From Podarcis bocagei (taxonomy: Eukaryota), in the NCBI GenBank assembly GCA_964188305.1, contig OZ076890.1: a stretch of DNA of 64,000 nucleotides; one strand, 5' to 3'. The notes below the pieces were generated by a model, which saw nothing but the letters and a program-made list of their open reading frames with translations, made no database searches and was not told where the DNA came from. Of the stretch, positions 25,350 through 38,030 are shown piece by piece; position 1 is the stretch's first letter; the number at the start of each line of letters is the position of its first letter. A program made the translations under genes and the position numbers.

Positions 25350-26397
25350 GTAAGAATGCAAAATATATTCATCTTTTTCAGTAACGAAGTTTAGTATGTG
25401 CTCAGTTCTCTTGTACATGCCAATGAAACACTCGGCACATGTTTGAAGGTTTGGTTTTAAATGTGGTGAAAACAATGTAAGTCATTGTTGGAATACAACA
25501 GTGTTGGCATTCAGGTTGTGATGCCACCTTTCTCATTCTTAGAAGCATTTTATTTCTGAAAACCATTGTAGTTCTCAATGATGACTCAGATTCTGGTTGT
25601 TTAATTTGCATTTCCCGGTTCCCAGCATAAAAACCCAGCAACACTTGAGACCTACATAAGGATTCTACAGACCAGTTTCTTCGCAGCCAGGATTGGTTAA
25701 GGAAGGACACTTAAAGCCCAGGTTTCCCCATGGCATATTGGAAACCCAGGCCAGTTTCATAGGAAGAATATACTGTTTTTAAAGCAAGGTTTGAAAAAAG
25801 CAGTTTATCTTGCTGATAAGTGTCAAGTGCCAGGTACCCTTTTGTTACAAAGTGTTGTACTTTTAAATTGGATTTCAGGCAGTTCTTTACTAATCTGTAC
25901 TGCAACTTGCCTTTCCTAGAACTGGAAGGACGTGTTTAAAAAATACATTTTAAAAAATTGTTGGGATTGAGCTTCAATCCTGTGCACATTCAACCTGGAG
26001 TAAGCCTCCTGGAATTCCATAGGACTGATTAACTTGGCATCAGTGTGCACCAAGTTCAGGATGAATTTCCTGTTTCTGCTGTTTCATTTTTAAAAAACTA
26101 AACATAAATGAATTAGAATTCTTTTAAACTTTCCTGTGGATAATTTGCTATTGGTTATGTCATATTGTAAGCTATCTAGTAAGGGAGATTAGACCACTTG
26201 TGCACTGTAACGTGCCATGCACATTGGTGGCACCATATAAAAAAATAAGTTCAATATCTGTGTTAATCTGTAAATAATAAACCTCCTGGTGCAAATAATT
26301 TGGAAACTCAGTAATCTGAAGGTACAGTACTAGAAGAAAATCCAAGGCTTGGAAAATATTGTGCAGTTACAACATAAGCAAGTTCATTATAATCAGA

Positions 26398-26582
26398 AAA
26401 ACAGATGGCCATCCAACTTCTGCTTAAAAACCTCCAACAAGGGAGAGTCCACCACCTTGAAAGGGAGTTGGTTCCATAGTCAAACAGCTCTTACTTTTAT
26501 TAAGATATTGATGTTCAGTCATAATCTGCTGTCTTGTAATTTGAATAGGGTCCTAGCCCCCAGAGCAGGAGAAAACAATCCA
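26398..26582 (-). mobile_element. CR1 fragment
   Basis: ccatccaacttctgcttaaaaacctccaacaagggagagtccaccacc..., reverse complement of a CR1 ORF2 3' region. Confidence 0.7.
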
Positions 26583-27181
26583 TTTAAATAAACAAGTATC
26601 GAAGTCTCAGAATGTTTTGTTCTGTTTTTAGATTTTGGTAGAAATGTAAGCTGCAACGGTTTTGGAGTTGTTGGTGGAAATGTAAACTTCAGATAACTTA
26701 TTTTAATGCTTATTAGAAGTTTTGTTTCCATTTTCATTTTGTATTCTTGTAACAGATTGGTCCCACTAATTGAGCCAATAAACCTTCAGTTAAATCATGA
26801 AGCACTAGATTTGGACACGAAGAGGGAGGCGAATTGAATATTTGATATGCAGTGTACAACAATCAGACAGTCTTGCCCTTGCATTTCCCTGTATCTCCCT
26901 GGAAAGTTTTTTTTAATGGAGTTAGTTGCTTTGGCTTGGATCTAAAGGTATAGTTGTGCAAATCAAAGGCTCGTGCCCCAGGTCAGCCCCTGGTTTTTCA
27001 GGATTTCTATCCTCCCTACTTCAACACTCAGCATCATAAGCCATACCGTCCCAGATGTTCCCCCAGTCTTATAAGGAGACTTTCATGGGATGTAGAAGGA
27101 AATGGAAGGTTGGAATATCCTATCCTGTGAATAGAAAGTAGGATTCAATCGTGTATTTTTGAAGAAAAGTTAACAGTAATA

Positions 27182-27430
27182 CAGTGGTACCTCGGGTTAC
27201 ATACGCTTCAGGTTACATACGCTTCAGGTTACATACGCTTCAGGTTACAGACTCTGCTAACCCAGAAATATGCTTCAGGTTAAGAACTTTGCTTCAGGAT
27301 GAGAACAGAAATCATGGCGCAGCGGCAGCAGGAGGCCCCATTAGCTAAAGTGGTGCTTCAGGTTAAGAGCAGTTTCAGGTTAAGAACGGACTTCCGGAAC
27401 GAATTAAGTACTTAACCGGAGGTACCACTG
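27182..27430. mobile_element. Tc1/mariner (Tigger/pogo-like) MITE
   Basis: TIRs cagtggtacctc...gaggtaccactg with TA on both sides; internal 16-bp tandem ggttacatacgcttca x3. Confidence 0.85.
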
Positions 27431-29760
27431 TATTGGTATAGAAAAATAGTAGTTCTATTCAAGTGCAGATGTATAACAGTTAAAATATAAATTAAGCTTG
27501 CAATGGTAAACTTGGGCACTAGGTAGTAAATCTCATTGAATACAATGGGACTTATGTCTTGAGTAAACTTGCTTGGGATTCTGTTGCACAATGTAGCAAA
27601 ATAGATTTCAAAGAAAGCATCAGTAGGTCTTGATCAGGTTACTCCATTTCCCCACTATGGTGATCTGAATCCAGATTTCTGCTAGTAAAATTATAAGCGT
27701 AGACTGTATGATTATGAGTTTGGAATGACTCTTCTGTATGGATGAAAAAACTTTTCTCTAAAACTTAGATTCTATCCACTAAATAGGAAGGCAGACAAGG
27801 AAAGACTAGAAGCAGAAAATTGTGTCGCAGTAACCTAGTTTTCAGATCTCAGTAGGGTGGGTATGAAACTCGTTAAACGTAGCTGAAAATTGCACTATGA
27901 ACTTATTGTAGCTAGCAGTACACTCTGAATGTTTGTGGGCTTTGCTTCATTTTAGTAATGAATTCTTAACTAATGCAAGAAGAGTCCTATTCACTTTACA
28001 CTAGTGTGGTTGTATATAATGGATTGTGTTGAGCATGTGAGGCAGAGTAAGATAGCTTTGCCCTGCTTGTTCACATAGGATGCTCCTGCTTGTGAAACAA
28101 CAGCAGGAAATACAACTGTCTTCTTTGGCTATGCCCTTTTCTCATGTTTGCTTCTGCCTCTTTCCTTCTTCCCCTGAGTTGGCAAAGTTGAATTGAATAT
28201 TTTGGCAAAGAATGTAAAAGCTTGAATAGATTTGAATTTTTGAGGAGGATTCTGCTTTACTCATGGAGAAATAGTGATGTTGATGGCAGGATGCATTGTG
28301 TCGATGTGGTAGTGCTTGCAGCCACTCAGCCTCAGTTGCTGGTGGAAAAATGTCAAGAGTAGAATAAGTAAAATAGGTTAAAAAAAAACCAACCTTGTGT
28401 CTGGTGTGAACGCTCATGCTTGTAACTGCTTTTGGACTTTTGTGAATGTAAGTAAATCTTTCCAGTTCCTTAATAAACTTTATTGAAAATATGTTCAGTC
28501 ATTGGGTTACAAGACTGATTTTTAAAAATTGCCCTTTATTTTTTAAGAAAACGTTGACTGAAAAGAAGTTGTGCTTTCTGTCCAATATTTAATATTTTTT
28601 TCATTATATCACCTCCAAGAGAGATATTTCCTGTATGCAAATTCACCTTTTCCTTGAAATGTTCTGTCTTTTCTTTCTCAATTTGTAAAGAAACTTTTTT
28701 ATTGTGCATTAATTATTTCATCAAGTGATCTCATGAAATACTGAGGTCATTGCAAAGTCCCTGCTAGAACAGTTTTTATTAAGTAACAGTTAAAACAAAT
28801 TTGGAATTACTTGGACTACTAGTAGAGGAAAGAATTAATTAAGGATAGATTCAGATGAACAAGCAGGTGGGCCATAGCAGCTTGAAATCTAACTCCAAAG
28901 TGATTGCTTGCTTCAAATGGGGAGCTATGTGTAGTGACTTTCTCAATGCACGTTTTAGCCTGTGCAGTATTCCTTCAAATCCAGGCGACTAGGAGTTATG
29001 CTGAAGGGGAAGGTGGGGAATGTCTTAAAATCAGGCGAAGGCACCTTCTTTTTTATATAATTATTAATCCAATCTTATTTAGTGACTGTATATTACTGTG
29101 GACTGCTTACAACAGTTTAAAATCAAAATAACTAATAAAACAGTACAAAATATTTTTAAAATACAAAAGAAGTTGCTTCTGTCAGGTTTTGGGGGGTTTC
29201 CCTAGTTTCTGCACTACAGCCCACCCCATTCAGCAGAGTTGCCCAACACTATGTGGAGCATTTTGGGGTGCTTAAGGGCTGACATGGGGAGGAGGGAGTG
29301 GGGAGGTTATCTTGGTAATTCTTGTGCTTAACTCTTGATTCAACACTATATATTTGTTCTTTGGCTTATAAGTAAACACATGTCTAATAGTCTATGGCAA
29401 GTCCAAATTGCCCTCAAGTGATCAAGTAAAGAAGCTTGGAGTTTCCCTTTTTTCTTTTGGCCTACTCCCAAGTGAGATAATTTTCTATTGAATATATATT
29501 GTAGGGTAACCTTGTAAATGTTCTTACAGACTAGTAACTTTTGTGGACTTCTTTGCAGGCTTGTTCTTATGCTTTCCGTGAGGTAGCTTGTTGTCATTCT
29601 TTTCTATGCACTTTTCTTGAGTTAAATAGCAGTCAGTTGTTAAAACAGTAAAAAGAAAGCGATGCAGCTAAATGTGTAGCTGTATATCTTGGAATAGGGT
29701 GGCATCCCATACAGTTAAAACTTGAAGACTTTTTTATTACGGAGTATTATATTTTTACAG

Positions 29761-29884
29761 GTGCTCCTGATTAACGAACTTNNNNNNNNNNNNNNNNNNN
29801 NNNNNNNNNNNNNNNNNNNNNNNNNNNNNNNNNNNNNNNNNNNNNNNNNNNNNNNNNNNNNNNNNNNNNNNNNNNNNNNNNNNN
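29761..29884 (+). CDS. PAXBP1: PAXBP1 exon 8 (only the first 21 nt visible; rest in N-gap; end estimated)
   Basis: tttttacag|VLLINEL, then Ns from 29782 (human VPLINELES). Flanking phases require a length of 1 mod 3; 124 nt is assumed from the recalled human exon. Confidence 0.7.
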
Positions 29885-29944
29885 NNNNNNNNNNNNNNNN
29901 NNNNNNNNNNNNNNNNNNNNNNNNNNNNNNNNNNNNNNNNNNNN
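29782..29944. other. Assembly gap (163 N)
   Basis: Run of n. Confidence 1.
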
Positions 29945-30659
29945 NTAATTTAAAGTGAAACCAGAAAGCATGTCTGGTTTAAATCTGGTAGAAAAAAAAT
30001 CAGATTAAAGAATCTTAGCTCAGACTCTATACAGTGCCTTTCCTGTTCTCTGTCTCAGTGATTGAAAGTCATAGCATCTTGCTTCGATCCCTTTTTACAC
30101 GTTAGATGTGTGTGTAACTATATGTTGTCTTTTCCTCACTTCCTGAAAGTATTTTTTAGAATGTTCTCTAAACCTAAAAAAAGATGTAGGCGATTCTGAT
30201 CGAAGTTTAGCTTTTGAATAATATTTATTTCTGCAGCTTACAAACATCCCCCCACCCACCCAACACAATCTAGGTACAGTTTGCCATGCATGCCTTCATT
30301 ACTTCAAACATTAGACCAAATAATACCTGTGCTAACATTCCTGTCTTATATGTATTAGGCAATTTTGCTAGGACAAATTTGTAAAATTATGCAAAAGTGA
30401 GTACTTATGGTGAAATCTTATTCCCTCTTTGATACCAAGCTGGTAGATAATAGGGAAATTCATCCAAAAATTCTCTAGTTTTTGTTTTCAAATGTTCAGT
30501 ATATGACAACAATCAGATATCAGATTGTAGCCTACAACAATACTAATTGTCTTAATACCAACTGAAAATCTGTCAGTTCCTAATACTCTTCAGTGTTCTT
30601 CACCAAGAATAGAAATTTGACCTGTTTTAGATGTATTTTTCTTTATTTTTTGTATGGAG

Positions 30660-30837
30660 AGGGGAAGGACTGTAGGTCAGTGACAGAGCATCTGCTTTGC
30701 ATGCCGAAGTCCCAGGTTCAATCTCTGGCATCTCTTGGTAGAACTAAAAATGTCCCCTGCTTGAATCCCTGGATAGCTGCTGCCAGTCACTACATACAAT
30801 ATTGAGTTAGATAGAACAATGGTCTGACTCCATATAA
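30660..30837 (+). mobile_element. tRNA-derived SINE (Squam-like)
   Basis: tgtaggtcagtgacagagc...ggttcaatc...gctgctgccagtc...aatggtctgactc. Confidence 0.7.
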
Positions 30838-31192
30838 ATGTTGAACACTAATGCTTTTTTAAACAATACAAACAGTTTTTTATGTTGTATTTTTTTAAAG
30901 TGTTTACTGTTACTGAAGAGTTCCGAGTGATAAGTTGATTGTGACTTTTTTTTTGCACATAACGATGAAGGCACTCAAATATTTTACCCAATTGGTAATT
31001 GCTTCAGAAGATAATTCAGCCGCCGCCAATTTATCTGTGCGGTGTGTGGGGGTTTAGAATTGTCAAACTTATAGATGTATTTCAGATTTATAGGGACCCG
31101 CTGAGAAAAATCCCCGCTAAAAACACTGTCATTATTATGCTTCCTGTAACTGGAGGATCAGTGTTCTAATTTCAGTGTTTGTACTCTCACAG

Positions 31193-31292
31193 GTAAAGCC
31201 CTGATGGCACCAAACCTTGATTCTTTTGGACGAGACAGAACACTGTACCAAGAACATGTTAAAAGACGGACTGCAGAAAGAGAAGCAAGAAG
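31193..31292 (+). CDS. PAXBP1: PAXBP1 exon 9
   Basis: cacag|SKALMAPNLDSFGRDRTLYQEHVKRRTAEREARR|gtacag; 100 nt. Confidence 0.93.
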
Positions 31293-31724
31293 GTACAGCA
31301 GCATTTAGGTTACTTCTATATGTATTGGAATGCATGTTCTGTATGATTGCTGTCTCTTTGTAGTATACAGCCTACATATTCAAGTGCTTGCAGATAAATG
31401 ATGGGCCACTCGCCTTGTAGGTAGAACATTGCTTGAGTCTTACATAGTGCGGCACAGTGGAGGTGGAGGCTGGCTGCTAGATATATGACAAATCCCAAAC
31501 TAAGGCGAAGGGGAAAGTAGCATAATGTTCAGGGCTGAGGTACTAGTCATCGAATAACACATGTCCTGTAACATGTCAGATGGCTTCAACTCTGCTTCAT
31601 TTCCTCTTGAAATAAGGGAGAGCAGGAAAGATGCACCCCTCCTTAAAATAACAAGTACCCTTTGTTTGGGAAAAGCTTGGTTTTCTAACCTCAATGCAAC
31701 ATTGTGTTCCATTTATTTTAATAG

Positions 31725-31840
31725 GGCTCGTCGTAGACTTGCCAGAGAGCAATCTGGGAAGATGGCTGATCACCTTGAAGGCCTTTCTAGTGATGACGAA
31801 GAAACTTCAACAGATACTACAAACTTCAATATGGAACGAG
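31725..31840 (+). CDS. PAXBP1: PAXBP1 exon 10
   Basis: atag|ARRRLAREQSGKMADHLEGLSSDDEETSTDTTNFNMER|gtcaga; 116 nt. Confidence 0.94.
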
Positions 31841-32950
31841 GTCAGATTATTCATCTGAATGTCAGAAGTCATAGTAATATCTAGATCCCAGTATTTTGTA
31901 GAGAAAATTTCATTTGATTAGATTGTATGACACTTTAAACCATGCTCTAAAAGCAGCTTTAAATGTGGAATTATTACCTCATCTGTAGAATGACAGAGGC
32001 CAATGCTGCTCTCTGCCATCATAAGCCATTCATTTCAGGCAGCTGGAGAAGGAATTCCAGCCCTAGTCCAACCCTTCTCTTACAAGCAAGGAGAGCCTCC
32101 TGGTGTAAAACACACACACTCTCTGCAAAAGTCAGGCTTCTTGGCTCATACCATGTTCCTCTTTATTCTATTTTGACTGCTGCTTTTCTCTGAATAGTCA
32201 GGATCAGGAATTTCATTGTATGGGATCTTGTAAGCCTCCTTCAGGATGTGACAAAAGACAGGGTGTAAGTTTCATAATTACATGTATTTCCTTTGAAGTG
32301 GAACTATTCACAGGGGTTTTTTTGCCACATGGAACTACTTCCATGATGCTGTGCTTTCAAGTGATTATCACCACGGGCACACTTTCGAATTAAGTCATGT
32401 ACTTTCATACACTGAGGTAAACACCGTACAGTAGTTGTAACACCAACTTCTTAAGAAAAAAATAACTTTGTTATGCTATTGCTATAAAAAGGCAGAATAT
32501 AAACAATAGAAAGGGCTAGATTCAGAGTGAACTGTGTCACAGGGATGGCAGAAGATGACTTTGCCCCTTCCTCCCCTGGTAGTCCCCTCCTCCAGCACCT
32601 TCTGCTAAGGGTCTAGATCCTGTTGAAAAAGGAGGAATCCCTAGAAATTAGGAAAAGGCCATCTCCCCATTTCCACTCAGCCACCACCATAATCCACCAC
32701 CATTTAGCAGGGTCCCAAGCCCCTCAGTGAGAGTATTTGCAGAGGACATAGGAGACTGCTATGAGGAATAAAGGGTAAGAAAGTTGGCTTCTGCCAGCCT
32801 CTTTGTGCACGTTCAGCTCTGTATCTGACCAAAGCGGTATAGATATTAACAATTTCTTTATAGTATATTTGCTTGAAAGTTTGCCTGAAATTGCATTGCA
32901 GATATAAAGCAGGAGATTAATTTATGCTGTTTAAAATACTGTTATCCTAG

Positions 32951-33150
32951 ATCGCATTTTGAAGGAGTCCAGCAAAGTTTTTGAAGATGTGGTAGAAAGC
33001 TTTTCATCCATTGACGCCATTAAGTCGCAGTTTGAAGCATGGCGTTTCAAGTATTCATCTTCTTACAATGATGCTTATATTGGCCTTTGTTTACCTAAGC
33101 TATTAAATCCTTTAATAAGACTTCAGTTACTTACCTGGAACCCTTTGGAG
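32951..33150 (+). CDS. PAXBP1: PAXBP1 exon 11
   Basis: cctag|DRILKESSKVFEDV...AYIGLCLPKLLNPLIRLQLLTWNPLE|gtgaga; 200 nt. Confidence 0.95.
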
Positions 33151-33784
33151 GTGAGAGAAAGTTGAGACATGTTCACTGTGTTCTGTTTGTTAAACAAGGC
33201 AAAATGGTTACATAGAAGTGATTAGAAGCCTGGGATCTGAGGGCCTTACTGCGAGGAGATACAGGGAGCCAGACAGAGGGCCTTCTCGGCAGTGGGGCCG
33301 TCCCTGTGGAACGGCCTCCTATTAGATATCAAGAAGATAAATAACTATACAACTTTTAGAAAACATCTGAAGGCAGCCCTCTATCAGCAGTTTTTAAAGT
33401 TTAATGTTTTATTATCTTTTTATATGTGTTGGAAGCCACCTTGGGTCATAAATGTCCAAATGGTAGGCCTGAACTACAGAAACTAGCTGCTTTGTCAGTC
33501 TGCTGCGACAGTATATTGATAGTATAGCAGTGCAGAGGAGTGGCTTCTACAACTTGATCAGCCTTGACGCAGTAGTTTGCAAATAGGTGACTGAAAAAAA
33601 ACATGCTGACATCAGTGCCAGCGCAGCCTCAGAAAATATGATGTGCTCCTGGCACTACAAGGACATTCTGAAAAGGAGGCACCTAGCCTAAATGCTTGTA
33701 CTAACTTATTGATAGAGCGTTCACACTTGATTAGTATTTTGTTTTAAAAACCATATTTATAGTGGCAATGTTTTATTTTAATAG

Positions 33785-33929
33785 GATAAGTGCCAAGACT
33801 TTGAGAGTATGCTGTGGTTTGAATCTTTGCTATTTTATGGATGTGAAGAATATGACCAAGAGAAAGATGATGCTGATGTTTCACTATTGCCTACTATTGT
33901 GGAAAGAGTGGTTCTGCCTAAATTAACAG
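33785..33929 (+). CDS. PAXBP1: PAXBP1 exon 12
   Basis: atag|DKCQDFESMLWFESLLFYGCEE...LLPTIVERVVLPKLT|gtactt; 145 nt. Confidence 0.94.
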
Positions 33930-34037
33930 GTACTTTATAAATATACAGTCATTTTAAAAGCACAGCAGTTTCTGATTTTTAGCAACATCATCTTAACCCT
34001 TAGTTTTGAGAAGTAATAATTCTTTTTTTGTTGTTAG

Positions 34038-34159
34038 TACTTGCTGAAAATGTATGGGATCCTTTTTCTACAACACAGACATCTAGGATGGTAGCCATTA
34101 CCCAGAAACTAGTAAACGGTTATCCATCAGTGGTACATGCAGAAAACAAAAACACACAG
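34038..34159 (+). CDS. PAXBP1: PAXBP1 exon 13
   Basis: gttag|LAENVWDPFSTTQTSRMV...AENKNTQ|gtaaaa; 122 nt. Confidence 0.94.
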
Positions 34160-34497
34160 GTAAAAAATATTCTTTTATCTTTTTGTAGGACTAGACTGCT
34201 ATGTCTGGTTGCTACTGTTATGACATTCACTCATGTTTTGCACTTAATCCTAAATTCATTTTAAAATAGAAGCAATTGTAGTTCCCTTGTGTTATGTAAC
34301 TGGTAACTATTTAGGGATTGGTGTGTCACAGTAATATGTGTTGCTGGAATGATGAAAATCTGTAAACAAACAATAAATGTCCATAAAAATGGCAAAAGTA
34401 GTTTCTGTCCATCGTCCTCTTTTCATGCTCCTCCCGATGGAAACATGCAGATGGGGGACAGATATACCCCTGCTTTAAGTCGTTTACATACTGTCTT

Positions 34498-34734
34498 GTG
34501 GTACCTCCGGTTGTGGATGGGATCCGTTCCGGAGCTCTGGTCGGATCCCGAGTTTTCGGCAACCAGAGGGACCACTTCTGCGCATACGCGCGTGACGGCA
34601 AACTGCTTCTGTGCATGCGCAAAAATGGTAGACCGCTTCTGTGCATGTGTGCGCGGCAAAACACTTCTGGGTTTGCCACTTTCGCAAACCGAAGTTTACA
34701 TTACCTGAGAGTAACGTAAGCCGAGGTGCTACTG
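34498..34734. mobile_element. Tc1/mariner-type MITE, diverged TIRs
   Basis: gtggtacctc ... gaggtgctactg|ta; CpG-rich interior with cttctgtgcatg repeats. Confidence 0.7.
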
Positions 34735-35735
34735 TATTATTTACTACAAAGCTTGATGACTACACTCTTTAGTGTTGAGATGCCAGATTACCAGAACGAC
34801 GTCCAAGCACTGAACCACTGGTATATTAAAAGTGAACTCTGTATTTACTGCGTTTGCAATTGTTTAAGATAAAACCTATTTTGGAAAGAAACTACTTTTG
34901 CCATATTCATGGACGTTTATTGTTTGTTTACAGATAGTTACCTTTGTAATATTATCTTGTGTTGATTGTAGTAGTTATTGTATCACTACTCTGTTCATGG
35001 CTTTATTGGAATGATGAAAATAGCAGACTGCAAATGAGAGTTGCAGAACTCATAACAGAGTTTACAAAGGTCCCTGATGGAATGTTTTCATACAACACCA
35101 GGAGAGGTTATATTTATATCACTGCTACGGCCATGGCTTAATGCTGCCCACTAAGTTAAACTCTCTGAATTGTGATCATTTCCAAAATATCTGCTACTCC
35201 TTCTTCAGAAACACCTAATCAAACGTAGCTTAGAAATTGCCAGTCATATTCTAGATGTGAATAGATCAGTCTGCTTTTAAAGAAAACTAAAAACTTATTT
35301 ATCCCCTCTTTTAACTGAAAATCTGTTGTCTCCCGGAGGCTGCAGCAAGAGGCAGAGAAGCACAATTAGATGAACAAAATCCTCTCGCAGTCAATTGCAT
35401 CCAGGCCACTGTTTTTAGTGACTTTTATGGAACTTGTTTCTAGGACATGCTGAAAACAAATCCTGTCCTTGTACAAAAGATCTTCAGGGACCACCTGAAG
35501 ACCCTGTTTTGCATACACAAATTCAGTGCCTCCCATTTTGTTTCATAATTTTGCGTGTCCCATTTCTGCTAACTTGCATAATTCAAATTAATGGAAAATA
35601 TAAAGTTGGTAAAAATAATCTGGTATCATGACAGACTTCTCTAGCGCTAGTATCTACTGGGATATTTGGTTAGATTTGTGCTAAAAAGAAATTTTAAAAA
35701 TACTTCACACTTGCGTTAAATTTTAATTCTTTCAG

Positions 35736-35812
35736 ACATTTCTAAAAGGCCTCTTGCTTAGAATGAGGAGAACATTAGATGATGATGTATTCATGCCACT
35801 TTATCCCAAAAG
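35736..35812 (+). CDS. PAXBP1: PAXBP1 exon 14
   Basis: ttcag|TFLKGLLLRMRRTLDDDVFMPLYPK|gtaaga; 77 nt. Confidence 0.94.
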
Positions 35813-35918
35813 GTAAGATTATTGGTTTGCAGAATCTTTTAGTATTATGACAATAGATCAAATCAACAGTTCACATCATCTATACTACTGAAGTTTAAAT
35901 AAAACTTTTATTTTTCAG

Positions 35919-35985
35919 TGTCTTAGAAAACAAGAACTCTGGCCCTTACTTGTTTTTCCAGCGGCAGTTTTGGTCTTCAGTGAAG
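35919..35985 (+). CDS. PAXBP1: PAXBP1 exon 15
   Basis: ttcag|VLENKNSGPYLFFQRQFWSSVK|gtgagc; 67 nt. Confidence 0.94.
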
Positions 35986-36537
35986 GTGAGCTAGCAAACA
36001 GATGAAGTTTCAGACTTAGGAGCGCTACTGAAGTTTACTTTTGATAACTGGTAACTGACTCTGAGTGTGAAGTGAATTTGCTTGTGGAAGAAAGTAGGCA
36101 TGCTGTCTCCAAACCCAGCATTGCTGCGTTTGTGACCTTAACTCAGGGTCACCAACCTTTTTTGGCCCCCTGAGCACATTTGCAAACCAGCAAAACTGTG
36201 GGCAGCACACATACCTGCAACCATGTATACACCACAACCTGTTCTGCGTATAGTAGAATTATTTTAAGTCTAACTTTGGGGAGGGCACCAACCAGCCTGC
36301 AGAGGAGGTCTCTGTGGGCATATGTGTGCTCATGGGTTCTGTTTTGGCAGCACTTGTCTTAGATTATCATGGTGCATGGCTGTCGCACTATTCTCTCAAC
36401 CCCGTACTCTCAAAACTCCTTAGACCACACAGCCTCCCACAGGCCACATCCACAAGTGCCTTGCCTGTCTAGTATATGTCCTTGAACTGTCATGATGCCT
36501 CTTGCTTGTCTGGAAGGAAGATAGAGAGGGGTGTGGG

Positions 36538-36538
<1 letters not shown>

Positions 36539-36588
<50 letters not shown>
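36539..36588. repeat. (GT)n(GA)n compound microsatellite
   Basis: Direct reading. Confidence 0.9.
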
Positions 36589-37069
36589 TTCTGACATTTG
36601 TGTGGGTAGATTGTGACCTACTGTATAAAGGTAAGAGTCTCACCCATTGTGCTATCCCCACCCACTACTGATAAACAGCACCTGCAAGGTTACCTGAAAC
36701 AGAATGCAGCCCTTTGGCATAAAAGGTGTCGTCATCCCCCCCCCACAGCCCCATGCTTATTGCAGCTTCCATCATCCCTGATCATTGACCATGCTGACTT
36801 GGGCTTATAGGAGTTGAAGTCCAACATCTGGAGGGCCACACATACTCCATCCCTGTTGTATATTTAAAGTTACTGTATATATGTAGTATTAAGATGACAT
36901 GCATTTTTGAAAGTGCTAATGTTACATGTAGTTTTTAACTATGAATTCTTTATACAGTTAAAGGGAAAAAAAATTTTGAGTGTTCTGAATCTGAAACATC
37001 AACAACCGTTTATAATAAGAAATTTGAAATTCACGAGGCATAAAAGTCCAGGGAAATGTTTGTTACTAA

Positions 37070-38030
37070 ATTTCCTAGATCCATTTTCATCAGGGTTGAG
37101 GCCCAGTTTTGGCACAGAAACTGCTTTGTCCTGAATGATTACCTATGTTAGGAAAGAGACAGGGGAAATGTGTTCTTGTTAATTCTCCTTGAGCTCTCAG
37201 TGGCTTTTGATACCGTTGACCCTCATATCTTCCTGAAGTGGCTGTCTTGAGTTGAGGGTAGGTGGCACTGCTTTGCGGTAGTTCCGGTCCTACTTGGATG
37301 ATGGTTTCCAGAGAGTGATGCTTGGGGAGTGCTTTTCAGCCCCATGAGCCTTCAATGTTGGGTTCATCGGGGTTCAGTTTTATCCCCCATGCTGTTTAAC
37401 ATCTACATGAAACCACTGAGTGGGGACATCTGGAGTTTTGGAGTACATTGTCAGCAATACCACAGGCAGCTCTATTCCTTTAAACCTGCAAGTGTGGGAG
37501 TGGATGTGCTGGACTGTTGTCTTGCCTCAATAATGGACTGGATGAAAGCCAATCAAATGAAGCTCAGTCCGGCTAAGATTGAGGCACTTTTAGTGGGTGA
37601 TTCCTTAGACTGGATGAATGGGAGGTTCTGTCCTCTTGATGGGGTTACACTCCCTCTGAAAGAGCAGGTACTTGGGCTTGGGAGTACTTCTAGGTCTTAC
37701 CTTTTTTAGCTTTACTTCTGGATCTATTGCTGTCGTTTGAGGCTCAGGTGGCCTTGGTGGTGCAGAATGCCTTCCATCAACTTCAGTTGGTGGCCCAGCT
37801 GTGCCCCTATCTGGCAGGGATAGCCTAACCGTCTCTGCTCGGATAACCTCTATGTTAGATTACTGCAATGCTATACATGGGGCTGCCTCTGAAGATGGTT
37901 CAGAAACTTCAGCCGGTGTAGAATTCAGTGGCCAGGTTGCTTACTGGGGCAAGATGGGTTGAACATATAATACCAATCCTGACGCGACTCCAGTGGCTGC
38001 CAGTTAGTTTCCAGGCCTAATTCAAAGTCC
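37070..38030 (+). mobile_element. Degenerate L2-type LINE (RT region)
   Basis: GSVLSPMLFNIYMKPL, WMKANQMKLSPAKIE, and remnants of HSTETAL and LDLSVAFDT motifs. Confidence 0.8.

Noticed and set aside
27195-27390. Regularly spaced ttcaggtta repeats resembling a CRISPR array
   Set aside because: Eukaryotic context, no unique spacers of constant length, and enclosed by MITE TIRs.
25350-31192. Intronic snoRNA or miRNA in PAXBP1 introns 7-8
   Set aside because: I found no convincing C/D box pair with a terminal stem, H/ACA fold or pre-miRNA hairpin by eye; an Rfam search would be needed.
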